This document shows positions 13,053 to 25,982 of a stretch of 64,000 bases of DNA, piece by piece (within the stretch, counting starts at the first letter, position 1; every line of letters starts with the position of its first letter). Both the position numbers and the translations under genes were made by a program. Origin of the DNA: Vitrella brassicaformis CCMP3155 (Eukaryota; Protista; Chromerida); contig CDMY01000326.1 of assembly GCA_001179505.1 (NCBI GenBank), positions 55,752 through 119,751 of the forward strand, written 5' to 3'. The notes under the pieces are model-generated. The model saw nothing but the letters and a program-made list of their open reading frames with translations. It made no database searches and was not told the DNA's origin.

Positions 13053-15398
13053 TCACTCATTCCCAGCGCCGCCCTTTTTCTTCGGCTTCCACGTATAGCC
13101 GGTGGTCTGTTTGTACCCAAAGTGCTGAACGAGTGCGTCGCTGTCGGGTGGGCCGCGCGAGCCGAAGGGGTACGTGTGGACGGTCACAGGCGTGGCGTCG
13201 CCCCCTGCAAGCCCGTCGATGGTGTGCAGCATGGGGGTGAAGATCCGCCAGGCCTCCCGCAGCTCGTCTGTTCGCACGAAGTTCCGCTTGTCGCCTTCAT
13301 GGACAGAGACAGACAGACAGACAGACACAGAGACAGAGGGAGGGAGCCAGTCTGATGAATGTCTGTGCTGTGTGGGTGTAAACTGTGTACTGTACCGTTG
13401 AGGCAGTCGAGACTGAGCCGTTCGTACGCGTCGGGCAGTCTGTCGATGTCGAATCGGTCGTGCAGGCTGAGGTCGAGCTCTGTCTGCACGACCTCGTTGC
13501 TGAGCCCCGGCTGCTTGCCGTAGATCTTCAGGTACACGGACTCGTTCGGCTGCACCTGCAATATATATGCAGTCAGTCGACAGACAGACAGACAGACAGA
13601 CAGAGGGAGGGAGGGAGGGAGGGAGGAAGGGGGCACACGTGCTCGCACGGAGACAGCTGGTCGGCCTACCTACCTTGATGACGAGCTCGTTCCTCGCCAA
13701 CTCGCCAAACAAACTGAAGCGCAACACAACGAACGGCGCAAATACGGCGCAGACAGGCAGGGCAGGTGTTGTGTGTGCGTCTCTCTCTCTCTGTCTCTCT
13801 CTCCCTCCCCTGTGTGTGTGGTGCACGCCCACGACATCCATACCCGCCAGGGACGTCCTTGAGCTGAATCCGCACCTCAGCCATCCGCTCCTCCAGCGCC
13901 TTGCCTGCCTGCAAGGACATAGACACACGTATGCGCGCACGCAGGTTCGTATGTATGTCATGAGGGTGAGTGTGTGCGGTGCGCGCCTTCATGATGAAGG
14001 GGACGCCGGCCCATCTCTCGTTGTTGATGAACATGACCAGCGTCGCGAACGTGGGGCACTGCGAGTCAGCCGGCACACCGGGGTCCTGCAAATCAAATTG
14101 CCACACACACACACACATACACGGACAAGACGTGAGACACATGCACTAGGTGGCTCACGTCTTTATATCCTGGCGTCTTGCCGTCCTCCGATCGAGTGTA
14201 CTGACCCAGCACCACATGCTCCGTCTCTGGTCACACGCGTGACCCATCCATCCATCCATCAATCACTTTGTCAGCGTACGTGATGCATATGGGTGTCCTG
14301 GGGCTTACTGATAGGTCCGATTTGTTTGAGGACCTTGACCTTCTCGTCGCGGATGTCCTCATCGAGCAGCGACGCCGGCCGCTCCATCGCCACCAATGTC
14401 AACATCTTTACAGACGCAGACACACACACACATAGATACATAGACCACCCAGCCGTGTGAGCGTATATGCCTTTCACCTGCAGCAGGTGGTTCTGCATGA
14501 CGTCGCGGATGATCCCCACCTTGTCGAAGTAGCCCCCACGGCCCTCCGTGCCGATGTTCTTCACACACCAGAACACCATACCCCATCCAACACACTCACG
14601 CAAAGATACCAGAACGTGTGTCGCTCGCTCGGTGTGGGTCATGCTGATGGCCAACTGACCTCCTTGAATGTGATTCTGAGGCTGTCAATGTAGTGGTTGC
14701 TCCAGATGGGTGTGAAGGCGACATTGCCAAACCGTAGCGGTATCAGGTCCAGCACCATCTCCTTGCCCAAGTAGTGGTCGATCCGATACGTCTACAACAC
14801 ACCCGACACACAGACACACACGTATACTCATTCATTCGCAAACAGAGGCAACGACACTTGTACGTACTTGTGTGGGTCCCACCTCTTTCTCCTCGAGCAC
14901 GGCCATGAGTTCGCTGGCGAGTTTGTCGGACGACGGCAGGTCGTGGCCGAAGGGCTTCTCAATAACGACGCGATTCCATCCTGTCATGTGCACATCCATC
15001 CATATGGCCCGCAGGAACAATTCATTCGTGCAAGCGCACCCTTTTGGCTCCATGCCAGTGGCTTCAGGGCCCTCACTGCGTCTGCGAACAGGCTGGGAGG
15101 CAGCGCCAAATAGTACTGCATACACACGCGCACACAGTGTGTGCAGAGAGAGGTAGATAGAGGTGTATACAGTACGTGGGCTATGCATCGATCGATCATC
15201 CACACGTGTGTACGTACCATCCGGTTCGCCCGTGCGAATTTGGCTTCGTGCTCCTTCTGAAGCAGCTTGTCCAGCCGGGCTGCGTCGTCGGGACTCCCGT
15301 ACTGACCACGGCTGGACCACCCACCGATCCATCGACAAACACAGAGAAGAACACACACACAGGTGGATGTGTGCAAGTGTCGTGGCGTGGCAAACAAG

Positions 15399-15436
<38 letters not shown>

Positions 15437-16230
15437 TGTGTGTGGCCTGCGAGCCTTACAAGTAGGAGCATCTCTCTCTGAACGTGTCGGGGGAGAGGCA
15501 GATGTGCGACATGCCCCGGTGACGGGCCGACCGGTTGCCGAAAAACGCACTCACCTTCCTGACGCACACACACAAATGAGCGAATGGATTGCACTAGGGG
15601 AGAGGAAAGGGTGCTCACGCAAGTCCAGGTGAGAGTCGCTCCCAGAAGTCGTCGAATGAGAGGTCACTGCGCGCGTAGCCCTTCACACACACACACACAC
15701 ACATGGACGAACGGGTGCGGTAACACAAATAGGTAACACAAATTTTGTGGAGCGTGGCGTGCGTACCACGATCGTGAAGTTGCGGGGCAGCCGGCCTTCG
15801 CAGAAGAGGCTGAATAGCGCCGGGCTGACACGCACACCACGCACCCACAGCGGTCTCTCTGTCTGTCTGTCTGTGCATCCTGGCTCTCTCACTCACTATG
15901 TCTTCTTCTTGGCCAGATCGCCGGATGCGCCTGTTTGGCAACAAGCGGCATGTACAGGTGCATTTGCCCGTGCATACGTACCGAGGACGACGAATGTGGT
16001 GTGCTCCTCAGACTCGGCCGGGTTCTCAAGCTCCTGTGTGTCTGGGACATAGCCATGGTGCATGTATCTCTTGGTTTGACCGCTTGCTTGTGACATGTAG
16101 CAGCGGTGCCTGTACCTGACTGCTCAAGGGCGTGAGACGGATGCTGCCAGTGGGCATTCACTGGAGGCACAGCAAGCAAGTCGGCGCCGCACACCGTCGC
16201 CAAGACCACCAGACTCTTGAGCGACAGCAT
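13053..16230 (-). CDS. G6PD: Glucose-6-phosphate 1-dehydrogenase, multi-exon, with signal-peptide-like N-terminus
   Basis: Exons encode TTFVVLG|[97 protein letters not shown] and [19 protein letters not shown], all canonical G6PD motifs. Confidence 0.97.
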
Positions 16231-16944
16231 TTTGAGGGGAGAAGGATGCGACGGATCCGCGGAAGTTGAGAGCAACCAGGGGCTCGCCATCTCGCATGGG
16301 CAAGTGGGGGCCCCCTACCGGTCTCGCAAAAATGAATTTTCCTGGGAATCCTGGCCAAGTGTCACTGATCATTTTCCAGGCAGATGCGACGGCGGGCTCG
16401 AGGACATCATCAAGCAGTCTATGGACTAATATGTGACACATATCGTACTGAAATTGTCAGCACCAACCCGTCCCGGTTCTGCAAATCCTCGCCCGGGGAC
16501 AGAACGGAGACAGCCGTTAGAACTACGACAGTATGTCTTTTTCCGAACGGTCGGACGTCCTCCTCCCTGCACAAGCAACAACACACAGCCTACAAGTGTG
16601 TTAACGCCTACTGTTGCTGCCCGTGCAGGCAATCCAGACGTCAAACCGATAGTACACGGCCGTAACGAGCGTCTCACCCGCGCGGCATTGGCAGTGGTGC
16701 TGTGGGTCGCCCAGTCGTGCAAAAAATTGTCCGAAGACCGCTCGAGTGCTATCATTTCTGGCATTCAAACGAACGCTGTTGCAGCGACCAAACAGCAGCC
16801 GCCTGCTGCAGCTCTGCGTCCATTGTCTTCTTCTCAAGACCAACTTGCTCAATCGACCCACCCCAGCCCCACAGCTTTTCTTCTTTATCGCCTTGGGAGT
16901 TTCTATCGGAGTGAGTTGGCGGCAGACCCGCCGCTGCTCACGTC

Positions 16945-17736
16945 ATGGCGGCGGCCGCAGCTCAAGCTTTTCCCTTAGACTGCGATGGCTACGAGTTCAC
17001 GAATGGCCGCTTCACGTTCGACTCGGCCCAGCCATTTGCTGGCGGCGGCTGCGCATCGCTCTGGAAGGTCCGCGACAACACCGCAGCTGACCCACACGTG
17101 TGGAAGGGGCTGAAGGTAATGAACAAGCCAACCTACAATGACCTCAGGGACCCGGGCCGAAATGAGTGCGCCTTCCTCATCTCGCTGGCGGACGAGGCCG
17201 ACGAGCACCCCAATGTGGTCAAAGTATTTGCTGTGCGCCGGGGGTGACTGGCAGTGGCAGGATCCAAACGTCGGGAGGACTCGTGGGCGCTGATGGAGCT
17301 CTTCGAGGCGCCAAACCAGTACCCACTCGGCCGCTACGTCAGCAAGAAGGGCGGCAACCCATCCCCCCATTTGCTCGACCCGGCGGAGATCAAGGCGCTC
17401 GCCTTCCAGACGCTCATGGTGCTGGCGTGGCTGCACGAGAAGGGCATGGCGCACAGAGATCTGCAGCCCGACAACCTCTTCGGCGACCGATCGAGAGTCT
17501 TCACCGACCTGGACGCGGTCAAGCTGATTGACTTCGGCTTCGCGACTCACCCGGATGGGGACGACTGGCAGCAGGAGGGGGAGGGGGAGCTGGTGGGGAC
17601 GCCGGGGTACTACACACCAGAAGGGGTCTTCAAACAGGCCTTGATGGCCATGAACCCCGACGCCGGTAAGGATGAGGATACTGGCAAGACAAGAGACTGT
17701 GATAAGAAGGGGTCATTCATTCCTTGTGTGATGGCG

Positions 17737-17767
<31 letters not shown>

Positions 17768-19128
17768 TCTCTTTGTGTGCAGACTTCTCGATTCTCAGGC
17801 GCAACAGCCCCTTTGAAGCCGACATCTACCAGTTCGGCCAGCTCTTCTACGAGGCTCACATCGGTGAGCCGCTGTACGAGGTGCCGGCCAACTATGGCCG
17901 TCCGGGGGGCATGACGGAGGAGGAATACTTCACAAAGGAGGCGGAGCGTCACGCCCATTTCATGGGCCTGCCCGGGGAGGCCGAGATGCCCCAGATGGAT
18001 AGGACGGTGGGCCAGGTGGATTTGCAGCTGCCCTGGCTGATCACACCGCCCCACACCGAACAACACCACAAGAGTATGATCCGCAACTGGACCGCTAGAG
18101 CGCTGGATGAGACGGCCGTCGATTTCTACTCCAATCAAGTGAGTGGCGGGGAGAGAGAGAAGAGAGATTACAGAATGTACCTTTTGTCGTTCTCATGTCT
18201 CCCCGTCTGTCTGTCTGTCTGTTCGTCCGTCTATCTGTCTGTTTGTTTGTGGCCTCCTTTTGTAGGTGTCTCTGCTTCGCCCCACAGCGCTGGAGCGCCG
18301 CACAGCTGCTATCGCATGAGTACTTCAACGATCCGGCCCTCACACAGCTCAAGACTGCGTACGCCGACCGCGGCTTCCCGGTTGAGGATCTGCTGCCGCC
18401 CCCAACCCCCCCGGCAGACCAGCCGCCCCCACCTGCAGACCAGCAACCGCCCCGGCTGCTGACCCTGTCCATGTGCCTGTCGCTGTGCCGGTGGCCCCTC
18501 CTGTTGGAGACCCTCCTGCTGCTGCTGCTGCTGCTGCTGTGGCCGTCGAGATGCCACCTGTAGTGCCGATCGCACCCCAGGTCCCACCACCTGCTGTGCT
18601 GCCGCCTGCCGACGTTGTCATGCCACCAGCACCCCTTGCGGATGTTGATATGGCCCGCCACTTGCTGCGCTGGCCGACACGTCGGTGAGCAATAGGGGCA
18701 TGTCCATGGAGACAGGCGGCACTCAGACGTACCATGATGATGGTTGCCCTTCAGCATGCTTCGCGGTCTGCATGTCGAGGCCGTTTTTCAAGTCCAACAT
18801 CCCCTTCCAGCCGATGCCCAAGTCCAACATTCCCTTCCAGCGAATGCCTCGCCGGCCGCGCGACCCCTCCCGGCTCTGGGAGTATCTGCCTGAGGCCAGC
18901 ATGCGTCAGTACGCGGCCATCGCGGAGCTCACGCCCTCCCTCCCGTCTCCCCTCCCACCGCACGGCGTCAAGGCCACCCAGCTCCTCACCGATGGGGAGA
19001 CATGGATCCAGCGCGCCAAGAAGGTGCTCGAGGGGCCGCCTGTGCGTCCACCTATTGCTGCAGGTGCCAGACAGTATCGGTGCCTACATTTTATATCAGC
19101 TGGCCCCTTTATGCCGCCGATAATGTGA
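16945..19128 (+). pseudogene. Ser/Thr protein kinase with in-frame stop and apparent frameshifts; Pro/Ala-rich C-terminus
   Basis: Motifs GGGCASLWKV, GLKVM, HPNVVKV, HRDLQPDNL, LIDFGFA, GTPGYYTPE, ADIYQFG, QRWSAAQLLSHEYF. In-frame TGA at 17245-17247, phase mismatch across intron 18139-18265, and a frame change near 18450. Confidence 0.75.
18790..18849 (+). repeat. 30-bp tandem duplication (KSNIPFQPMP / KSNIPFQRMP)
   Basis: aagtccaacatccccttccagccgatgccc followed by aagtccaacattcccttccagcgaatgcct. Confidence 0.9.
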
Positions 19129-19614
19129 AGAAATCTACATGGCCGGCGAGTGCGCAAGGCGGCGGCGAGGAAGAACTATCTTTCTGTGTTGTGTGTGTGT
19201 GTGTGTGTGTGCGTGCGTCTCTGGAGTTATTCTGCATGAAATGACGTATTAGCTTGACCATTAGCTTGACAAAGAAGGCCACAAGACGACCAAGCATCTT
19301 GCTCTCTCTTGCTCTGTCTGTCAGTCGCGCACGTGTAAGGCACATACGCAGATTGATGGATGGATGTGTGAAGATTGAATGAATGACGTGTGCATGGTGA
19401 ACGTACTCATTGTATCTACAGGTGTAGATTGACGAGCCATGCATAGATAGCACCAATGCGGTAGAGTCCCACTCACTACGTAGTCAGCCAGCCGCCGCCC
19501 TCTCTCTGTCCCTCCACCTCTGATCTCTCTGTCTGTCTGTCTACCATCAACTTTGTGCTATGAAGCTGCCCAGTAGCGGCCTCCATCACACAAGACACCT
19601 GCAACTCACACACA

Positions 19615-19653
<39 letters not shown>

Positions 19654-19762
19654 CGACAACAACAAGGCCAGCAGTGTGTTTGCTTCTCTCTGCCGGTGGT
19701 ATTTTGGTGCAGTGTTGTCTCACCGACCTCTGTCGCTGTCTATATGAGTGCCGTCGGTCGGT

Positions 19763-21806
19763 TCAGCCGCTCACCACCTGCACACACACATACAGCAGCG
19801 TTGGGCCACGACCAGCCATTGATATGTGCCCTCCCCGCCCCCTCACCCACTCACCTGCCACACTTCCATCTCATCGCACGTGAAGTCTTTGGACTGCGCC
19901 AGTGTGCCTTTGCCCTGCACACTGATCGTCCCCTTGTATCCCTCCGACAGCTCATCCCTGTTGATCCACTGCTGGCAGCTGCTGAGGTCGGCCCCGGGCC
20001 AGGACGGCCATGTCCCAGCCACAGATGGCCGCCGCCGATGCTCACATTGGCACGCGGCTGGCCTTCGTCGTTCTCCACCACCCCCTGTGTGCCGGCCACA
20101 GACACCATCTGCCTGTCCTCCTCCGGCACCTCGATCTTGGTCGGCGTCTCGTACGCACCCGACAGCGCGTAGAGGAAGACCGGCGCCTCGTACCCGTTGG
20201 TCTTTGTGGGGTCAGCGGGTAGCTTGACCTCTCCGTCGACAAAGCATCCGAATCGGTGCGTGTCGCCATGTCGGAGGGCGAAGAGGAGGCCGCTCTTGCC
20301 CACCACCTTGTCGAGGAAGGAGGGATAGGCAAACGTGTCACGACTCGACCTGACGGACATCACACAACAGACACACCCGAAGGCAGATCTTCAGGGCCCT
20401 TCCGTTGCCGCCTTTTGTGGCTCGCTGACTTGTATAAGAGTGACGGCATTGGTGAGGTGTTGCCCGTCATGTTGAGCACCTCGCCCCACTCCTCGGCCGT
20501 CTCGATGACCAAGTTGCCCCCCGCCACGCCGCTGCAGAGGGGCTCGTACTTCAGCCCATGCATCTCAGTGTCCGTCCGAATCTGCTTGGTCCTGGTCGAT
20601 GTCGGCGGCATGACCAGAGTGTCGAAGGGTGCGATCCGTTGTCTGCGGGCGAAGTCGACGACCTTCATCAGATGCGAAGGCGAGATGGAAATCACAGGCG
20701 CACCACTGCAGACACAGAGCGAAGAGCGCAACGCTGTTGCTGTTCCTGTTGCTGCGGCTGTGTTGCTGGTGTTGTGTTGCCCACCTGTGGAATGTCCTGT
20801 AGAGTAGTTTGTCGCTGCCAACACGCGCCAGTGTGGCCTCGGTGGTCGACACCGTCTTGCCCATCACCCGCACGCTCTTGATCTCATCGCCCTCCCCTCC
20901 CTCGTCAGTCGCCAGCAACCGCTTCACGAGCTTGTGGAACCAGACCAGGTCCGCCTCTACGCCGCCCAGCCGCCCCACTGATGCATCGAGGCTTGCGATG
21001 CTGTTGTGGAGGTCCACCAGGTGGTCGGCCGCATCCTCACTCTCACCCTCGTCGTTCCAGCCCTCGTGGTCCTGTTGCTGCTCTCGCGCTTCCTGCTGCT
21101 GCTGGTCGTCCACCTCCATGTGGTCGTCATCGGCTCGCGGCGGCGGGTCTGTGGGCATGTCGATGTCGAGGCCGGTGATGGTGGTGAAGAGGAACTCATG
21201 CCAGAAGAGGGAGGAGCTGTCACTGTCGTGCGGCGGTGTGAGGACGATCTCGGTCGTCTCGGCTTGTGCATCGGCCACACCGACGCTGGCCACCTCGTTG
21301 AACAACCTGACACCAACAGATACAACAGACAGCATTGCGCGTGAGCCCGTCTGCCCTGCCCCCTTCTCTGTGTGTCGACTGGCTCACCAGTCGATGTAGT
21401 TTGGATCAGCGTCGAGGAACGGGTGGCCGTCTGTGTCCTTGGGCAGCCCATCCAGATGGTGCAGCAGCAGATAGGCGATGAACGAGTCGCTCACGCCGGG
21501 CAGCAGCAGCGGCTTGCGCGGCACACACAGCACCGTCCCGCCCACGTTGATCTCAATCTCCTCACTCAACGGCGCCGTCACTATCGGCTGTCCGCCATTG
21601 CTCGTGATCAGGTCCTTGATCGTCTTGGCTTGCTGCCGCAGCTTCTTGCGCATCTGTTTGGCTGACTGCTCGATGGCGGCGAGCGCCTCGTCGGCCTTCT
21701 GCAGCTCTCTGTCAATTGCTGGGCGGCCGATGAATGGCAGCGGCTCCAAATCGTCGCAGCCGCCATTTTCCATGGTAAGCGACTCGCCTTTCCTCTCCGT
21801 TGCCAT
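19763..21806 (-). pseudogene. BTB-BTB-TLDc family copy 3 (A-type N-terminus, C-type linker); frameshift in TLDc near 19993
   Basis: EINVGGTVLCVPRKPLL, RVMGKTVSTTEATL, KVVDFARRQR, then TLDc SSRDTFAYPSFLDKVVGKSGLLF. It reads cctggcccggggccgacc where the family has cctggtccggcggccgacc (1-bp loss), so DLSSCQQW...FTCDEMEVWQ lies in another frame. Confidence 0.85.
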
Positions 21807-21975
21807 GCGGGGGAGAAAAAGGACGCGAGCTTTTTGCGAGCTTTTCTCCGCAGAGAAGCAAAAGGCAAGGAGGCTTACATTGGGGTGGAGGAGAGCCCAA
21901 ACATTACGGCTGTGCCAAAGATCTGCCGAAAACGAGTGAAAGGACAAGCATCTGCATCCCCATCTCTCACGCACG

Positions 21976-23610
21976 ATGACAGCTGCCAAGGGCGAGGAGG
22001 GGCGTGACCGCTGGGCGAGCCGATTCGCCTTCATCACAGCGGCAGTCGGCTCGGCTGTCGGTGAGTCAGGGAGGGAGGGAGGGAGGGAGCCGCACGCACT
22101 GAGGGAGGGAGAGAGGGAGGGATGGAAGATGATCTGCGTGGTATGGGGTCGTGATGATTGTGTGTGTCTGTGTCTGCAGGTCTGGGCAATTTGTGGCGGT
22201 GAGTATCCTGGGAGGGCTGGGGGGAACAACGGCGGACTGTGCACATGCACACAGCCCGAAGGATGCATTGCATTGGTCTGTCTGTCTGCCTGTCTGTGTT
22301 CATCTGTCTGTATGCGCAGATTCCCATACCTGTGCTACAGCTATGGAGGTCAGTGCGTGTGTGTGTGTATGTGTGTGCGTGCTTCTCTCACTGTGTCTGT
22401 CTGTCTTTTCCATCCGTCCACCGTCCATGTGCAGGCGGGGCGTTCTTCATCCCCTTTTTGCTCGCGCTGTTCTTCCTGGGCATCCCCATGCTCACCACCG
22501 AGTTCGCACTCGGTAACTGCACATCGACACGTCACGCGGATCTGCACACGTGTGTGTCGACACATACGCGCGTGTTGTGTTGTCTTGTGTTGTGTTGCGT
22601 GATGGTGGTGCAGGTCAGGTGTATCAGGGCGGCCACGCATTGGCCTTCAGTCGCGTCAACAAGCGGATGGTCGGCGTGGGCTACTCGGCGCCATGGGGAT
22701 CCATCATGGTACACTCACACACGCACACACACACAGAGAGAGAGAGAGAGAGGGACAGTCGCCATCAAACTCTCGTATGCATCCCTCTCTCTCTCTCTGT
22801 GCTCTCTCTTTGTGTGTCTGCGCGTGTGTGTCTGGCTGGCAGACATCGTCATACTACACGGCCATCATTGCCTACGCGTTAGTGTACTTGGTCAACTGCT
22901 TCAAGGCCGACATGCCCTGGACTACCAAGGTCACTCTCACACCCACACCCGCACCCACACACAGAATGCGCTGGCTGATCGGACCTGTCCACGCGCACGT
23001 GATGTGTCCGTATGCGTGTTTGGGTGCAGACGGAGGAGATCCAGCGGTGCATGGAGGCCGTCACAGAGGACCAGTGCCTCGCCATCGGGGCATGCACCTT
23101 CTCAGCCACCGAGGGGTGCAAGCAGGCCCTCGTTGCCAGGGTGCGTACGCGCCAAGTCAAAGAAACATACGCACACCCATAACAACCTGTGTGTGTGTGT
23201 GTGTGTGTGTGGTTTTGCAGGCATCGGCCTTCTTTGAGGACAGCGTCTTGAATATGTCTCCCCCCGACAGCCCCCCCACCACCCTCGTGTGGGGGCTCGT
23301 CGTGGCCATTGTCGTCGTCTGGTGCTGCGTCTACTTCTCGGTTGGTGACCCGCGCACACACGAGAAGGCACACAGAGAGGTATGTGTATGTGTGTGTATG
23401 CGTTGGGTGGCTGTGTCTGTGTTATCGTGCAGATCTTCCAGGGCCCCTCCATCACCGGCTATGTGGTCTACGTGACAATGACGCTGCCCTTCCTGCTCCT
23501 CATCGCTTTGATGGCCGTCGGCCTTTCACTGCCAGGCAGCGGAATGGGCATCAAGGCCTACATAGGTGCCTGGCTGGTGCATACATAAGAAGAAGCCTCA
23601 GGCCCACTCA

Positions 23611-23645
<35 letters not shown>

Positions 23646-24103
23646 TGTGGTCGCACAGGCGAGTGGGATGTCAAGTCGTTAACCGAGACGCCGCAGGTGT
23701 GGTCCGACGCCGTCGGCCAGGTGTTTTTCTCGATCGGCGTCTGCTGGGGTATCATGACGGCATGTAAGCAATCCCCACCCACACCCACACACACCGTCAC
23801 ACACGTCTGATATATGTGCGTGTGTGTGTGTAGACGCGTCGTACAACAAGACAAACCAGAACGTAGCTCAGGACGCCGTCATTGTGGCCATTGCGGACTT
23901 CGTGGTGGCCTTCCTTTGCGGATTTGCCGTCTTCGCCATCCTCGGCTACCTGGCCAACCAAGCGGGTCAACACACCCACCCACACACGGAGAGAGAGACA
24001 GAGAGAGACAGAGAGAGAGAGACAGAGAGAGAGACAGAGAGAGAGACCACCACCCCCCACACACAGAGGAGGAAACTATTTACAATGAGCGGGCGCTTCT
24101 CTG

Positions 24104-24140
<37 letters not shown>

Positions 24141-25982
24141 TGCAGGTCTTGCTTTCGACGAAATGCCTGCCGGCGGGATGGGCCTCGCCTTCCAGACCTA
24201 CCCAGTCGGCCTCGCGCAGATCCCGGGCGTCGGTGCGCAGATCCTGTGCGCCCTGTTCTTCCTGACCCTCTTCCTGCTCGGCATCGACAGCGCCTTCTCG
24301 CTCGTCGAGGCCTGGGCCACGCCGCTGCACGACTCGGTGCTCTTTCACCGCACCAGGCGGACGGTGTTTGTGGGGGTGGTGTGCCTCATCTTCTTCGCGA
24401 TTGCGCTCTTCTACGTGACGGACATTGGGCTGCACCTGCTTGACACAGGTAGGGCATCACATCATGGACTGATGCCGTCCGCCGTCATGTGTGTGTCATG
24501 TGTGTGTGCAGTGGATTGGTATCTTGCGTCGGTCCTGGCGCTGTTTAACGGCCTCGTGCAGTCCGCCGCCGTAGGCACACAGACAGACACAGAGACAGGC
24601 AAACAGAGAGGGAGACAGACACGCCCACTTCCCTCTCCTATGTGTTTAGGTGGGCTTCTTCGCCAAGACGGACGACCAGTTCGAGAAGATCGGCAAGCCA
24701 GCGACCCTAATCTTCGGCTTCGGCTACATCGGCGCCTGTGTGGTCGGCACCATCTTCGGCTTCGCCCTGCCCTCTGTGCTCAACGGCGGCCTGGGCATCC
24801 TGGTGGGGATCGTTATCGCAGTCGGGGCGGTGATTCTGTCGTGGATGATGATCGACAACAGCGCCGGGCTGTCGGAGGTGGTACGTGGCTGTGGGGAAGG
24901 TGTGGGCGTGGCTGTGGGTGCATGACTCTCTCTCTGTATGTGTGTGTGTAGGAGAAGATGTGGTGGCTGACGATGGGCAACATCGAGACGCTGCGGATCG
25001 AGCTCAATGAGACCGTCGCACGTGAGCCGGCCACTTCCCCATCGCCCCCCCCCCCCCCNNNNNNNNNNNNNNNNNNNNNNNNNNNNNNNNNNNNNNNNNN
25101 NNNNNNNNNNNNNNNNNNNNNNNNNNNNNNNNNNNNNNNNNNNNNNNNNNNNNNNNNNNNNNNNNNNNNNNNNNNNNNNNNNNNNNNNNNNNNNNNNNNN
25201 NNNNNNNNNNNNNNNNNNNNNNNNNNNNNNNNNNNNNNNNNNNNNNNNNNNNNNNNNNNNNNNNNNNNNNNNNNNNNNNNNNNNNNNNNNNNNNNNNNNN
25301 NNNNNNNNNNNNNNNNNNNNNNNNNNNNNNNNNNNNNNNNNNNNNNNNNNNNNNNNNNTCGCCCCCCCCCCCCCCACACACACACACACACACGTATTGG
25401 AATATTGTGTGTGTGTGCGTGTGTGTGTGTGTGTCAGCTGGCAACACGTGGTGGCGCATCACGCCCATGTGGTCGATCCTGATGAAGTACTGCTACCCGC
25501 CGATAATGTGCATCCTCCTGGGCATCTCGTTCAGCGAAAACTTCGGCAGATACGGGGACTACCCCGTGCAGTACCAGGCCATCGGTGCGTGCAGTGCAGC
25601 CACACGCACCCAATGGGACACATTTGTGTGTGGTGTGGTGTGGTGTGTGGATATGTGGATGTGTGTGTAGGTGCTGTGTTCGCCTTTGTGGGCATCTTCT
25701 TTGTCCTCCTCGGCATGTTCCTCCCATCGGTGAGCGAACCCCCCTCCCCAACACGCACACACCCTCAGACAAAGCCACAACACCACATCTCTGTGTCTTT
25801 GTCTGTGTCTGTGGCTGTGTGGCGTGTCCATCCATCCATCCACACACACACAGGCGTACACCATGTTCCTGCCGCCCAAGGAGACGTCAGAGGCGGAGCT
25901 CAAGGCGGTTGTGGCGGGCGACACCACACCTGCCACGACCATCGAGGGCGGCAAGAGCAACAACACCATCAAAGTAGTCTGA
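21976..25982 (+). CDS. Sodium:neurotransmitter symporter (SLC6/NSS) family transporter, multi-exon; a gap falls inside an intron
   Basis: RDRWASRFAFITAAVGSAVG|LGNLWRFPYLCYSYGG|GAFFIPFLLALFFLGIPMLTTEFALG (NSS signature), GLAFQTYPVGLAQIP and LFFLTLFLLGIDSAF. Stop after ...NNTIKVV. Confidence 0.95.
25059..25358. other. Assembly gap (300 N) flanked by poly-C
   Basis: Run of N. Confidence 1.

Noticed and set aside
17245-17247. Selenocysteine or programmed readthrough at the kinase TGA
   Set aside because: Other independent frame lesions occur in the same gene and no SECIS could be identified by eye; pseudogenisation or sequence error is simpler.
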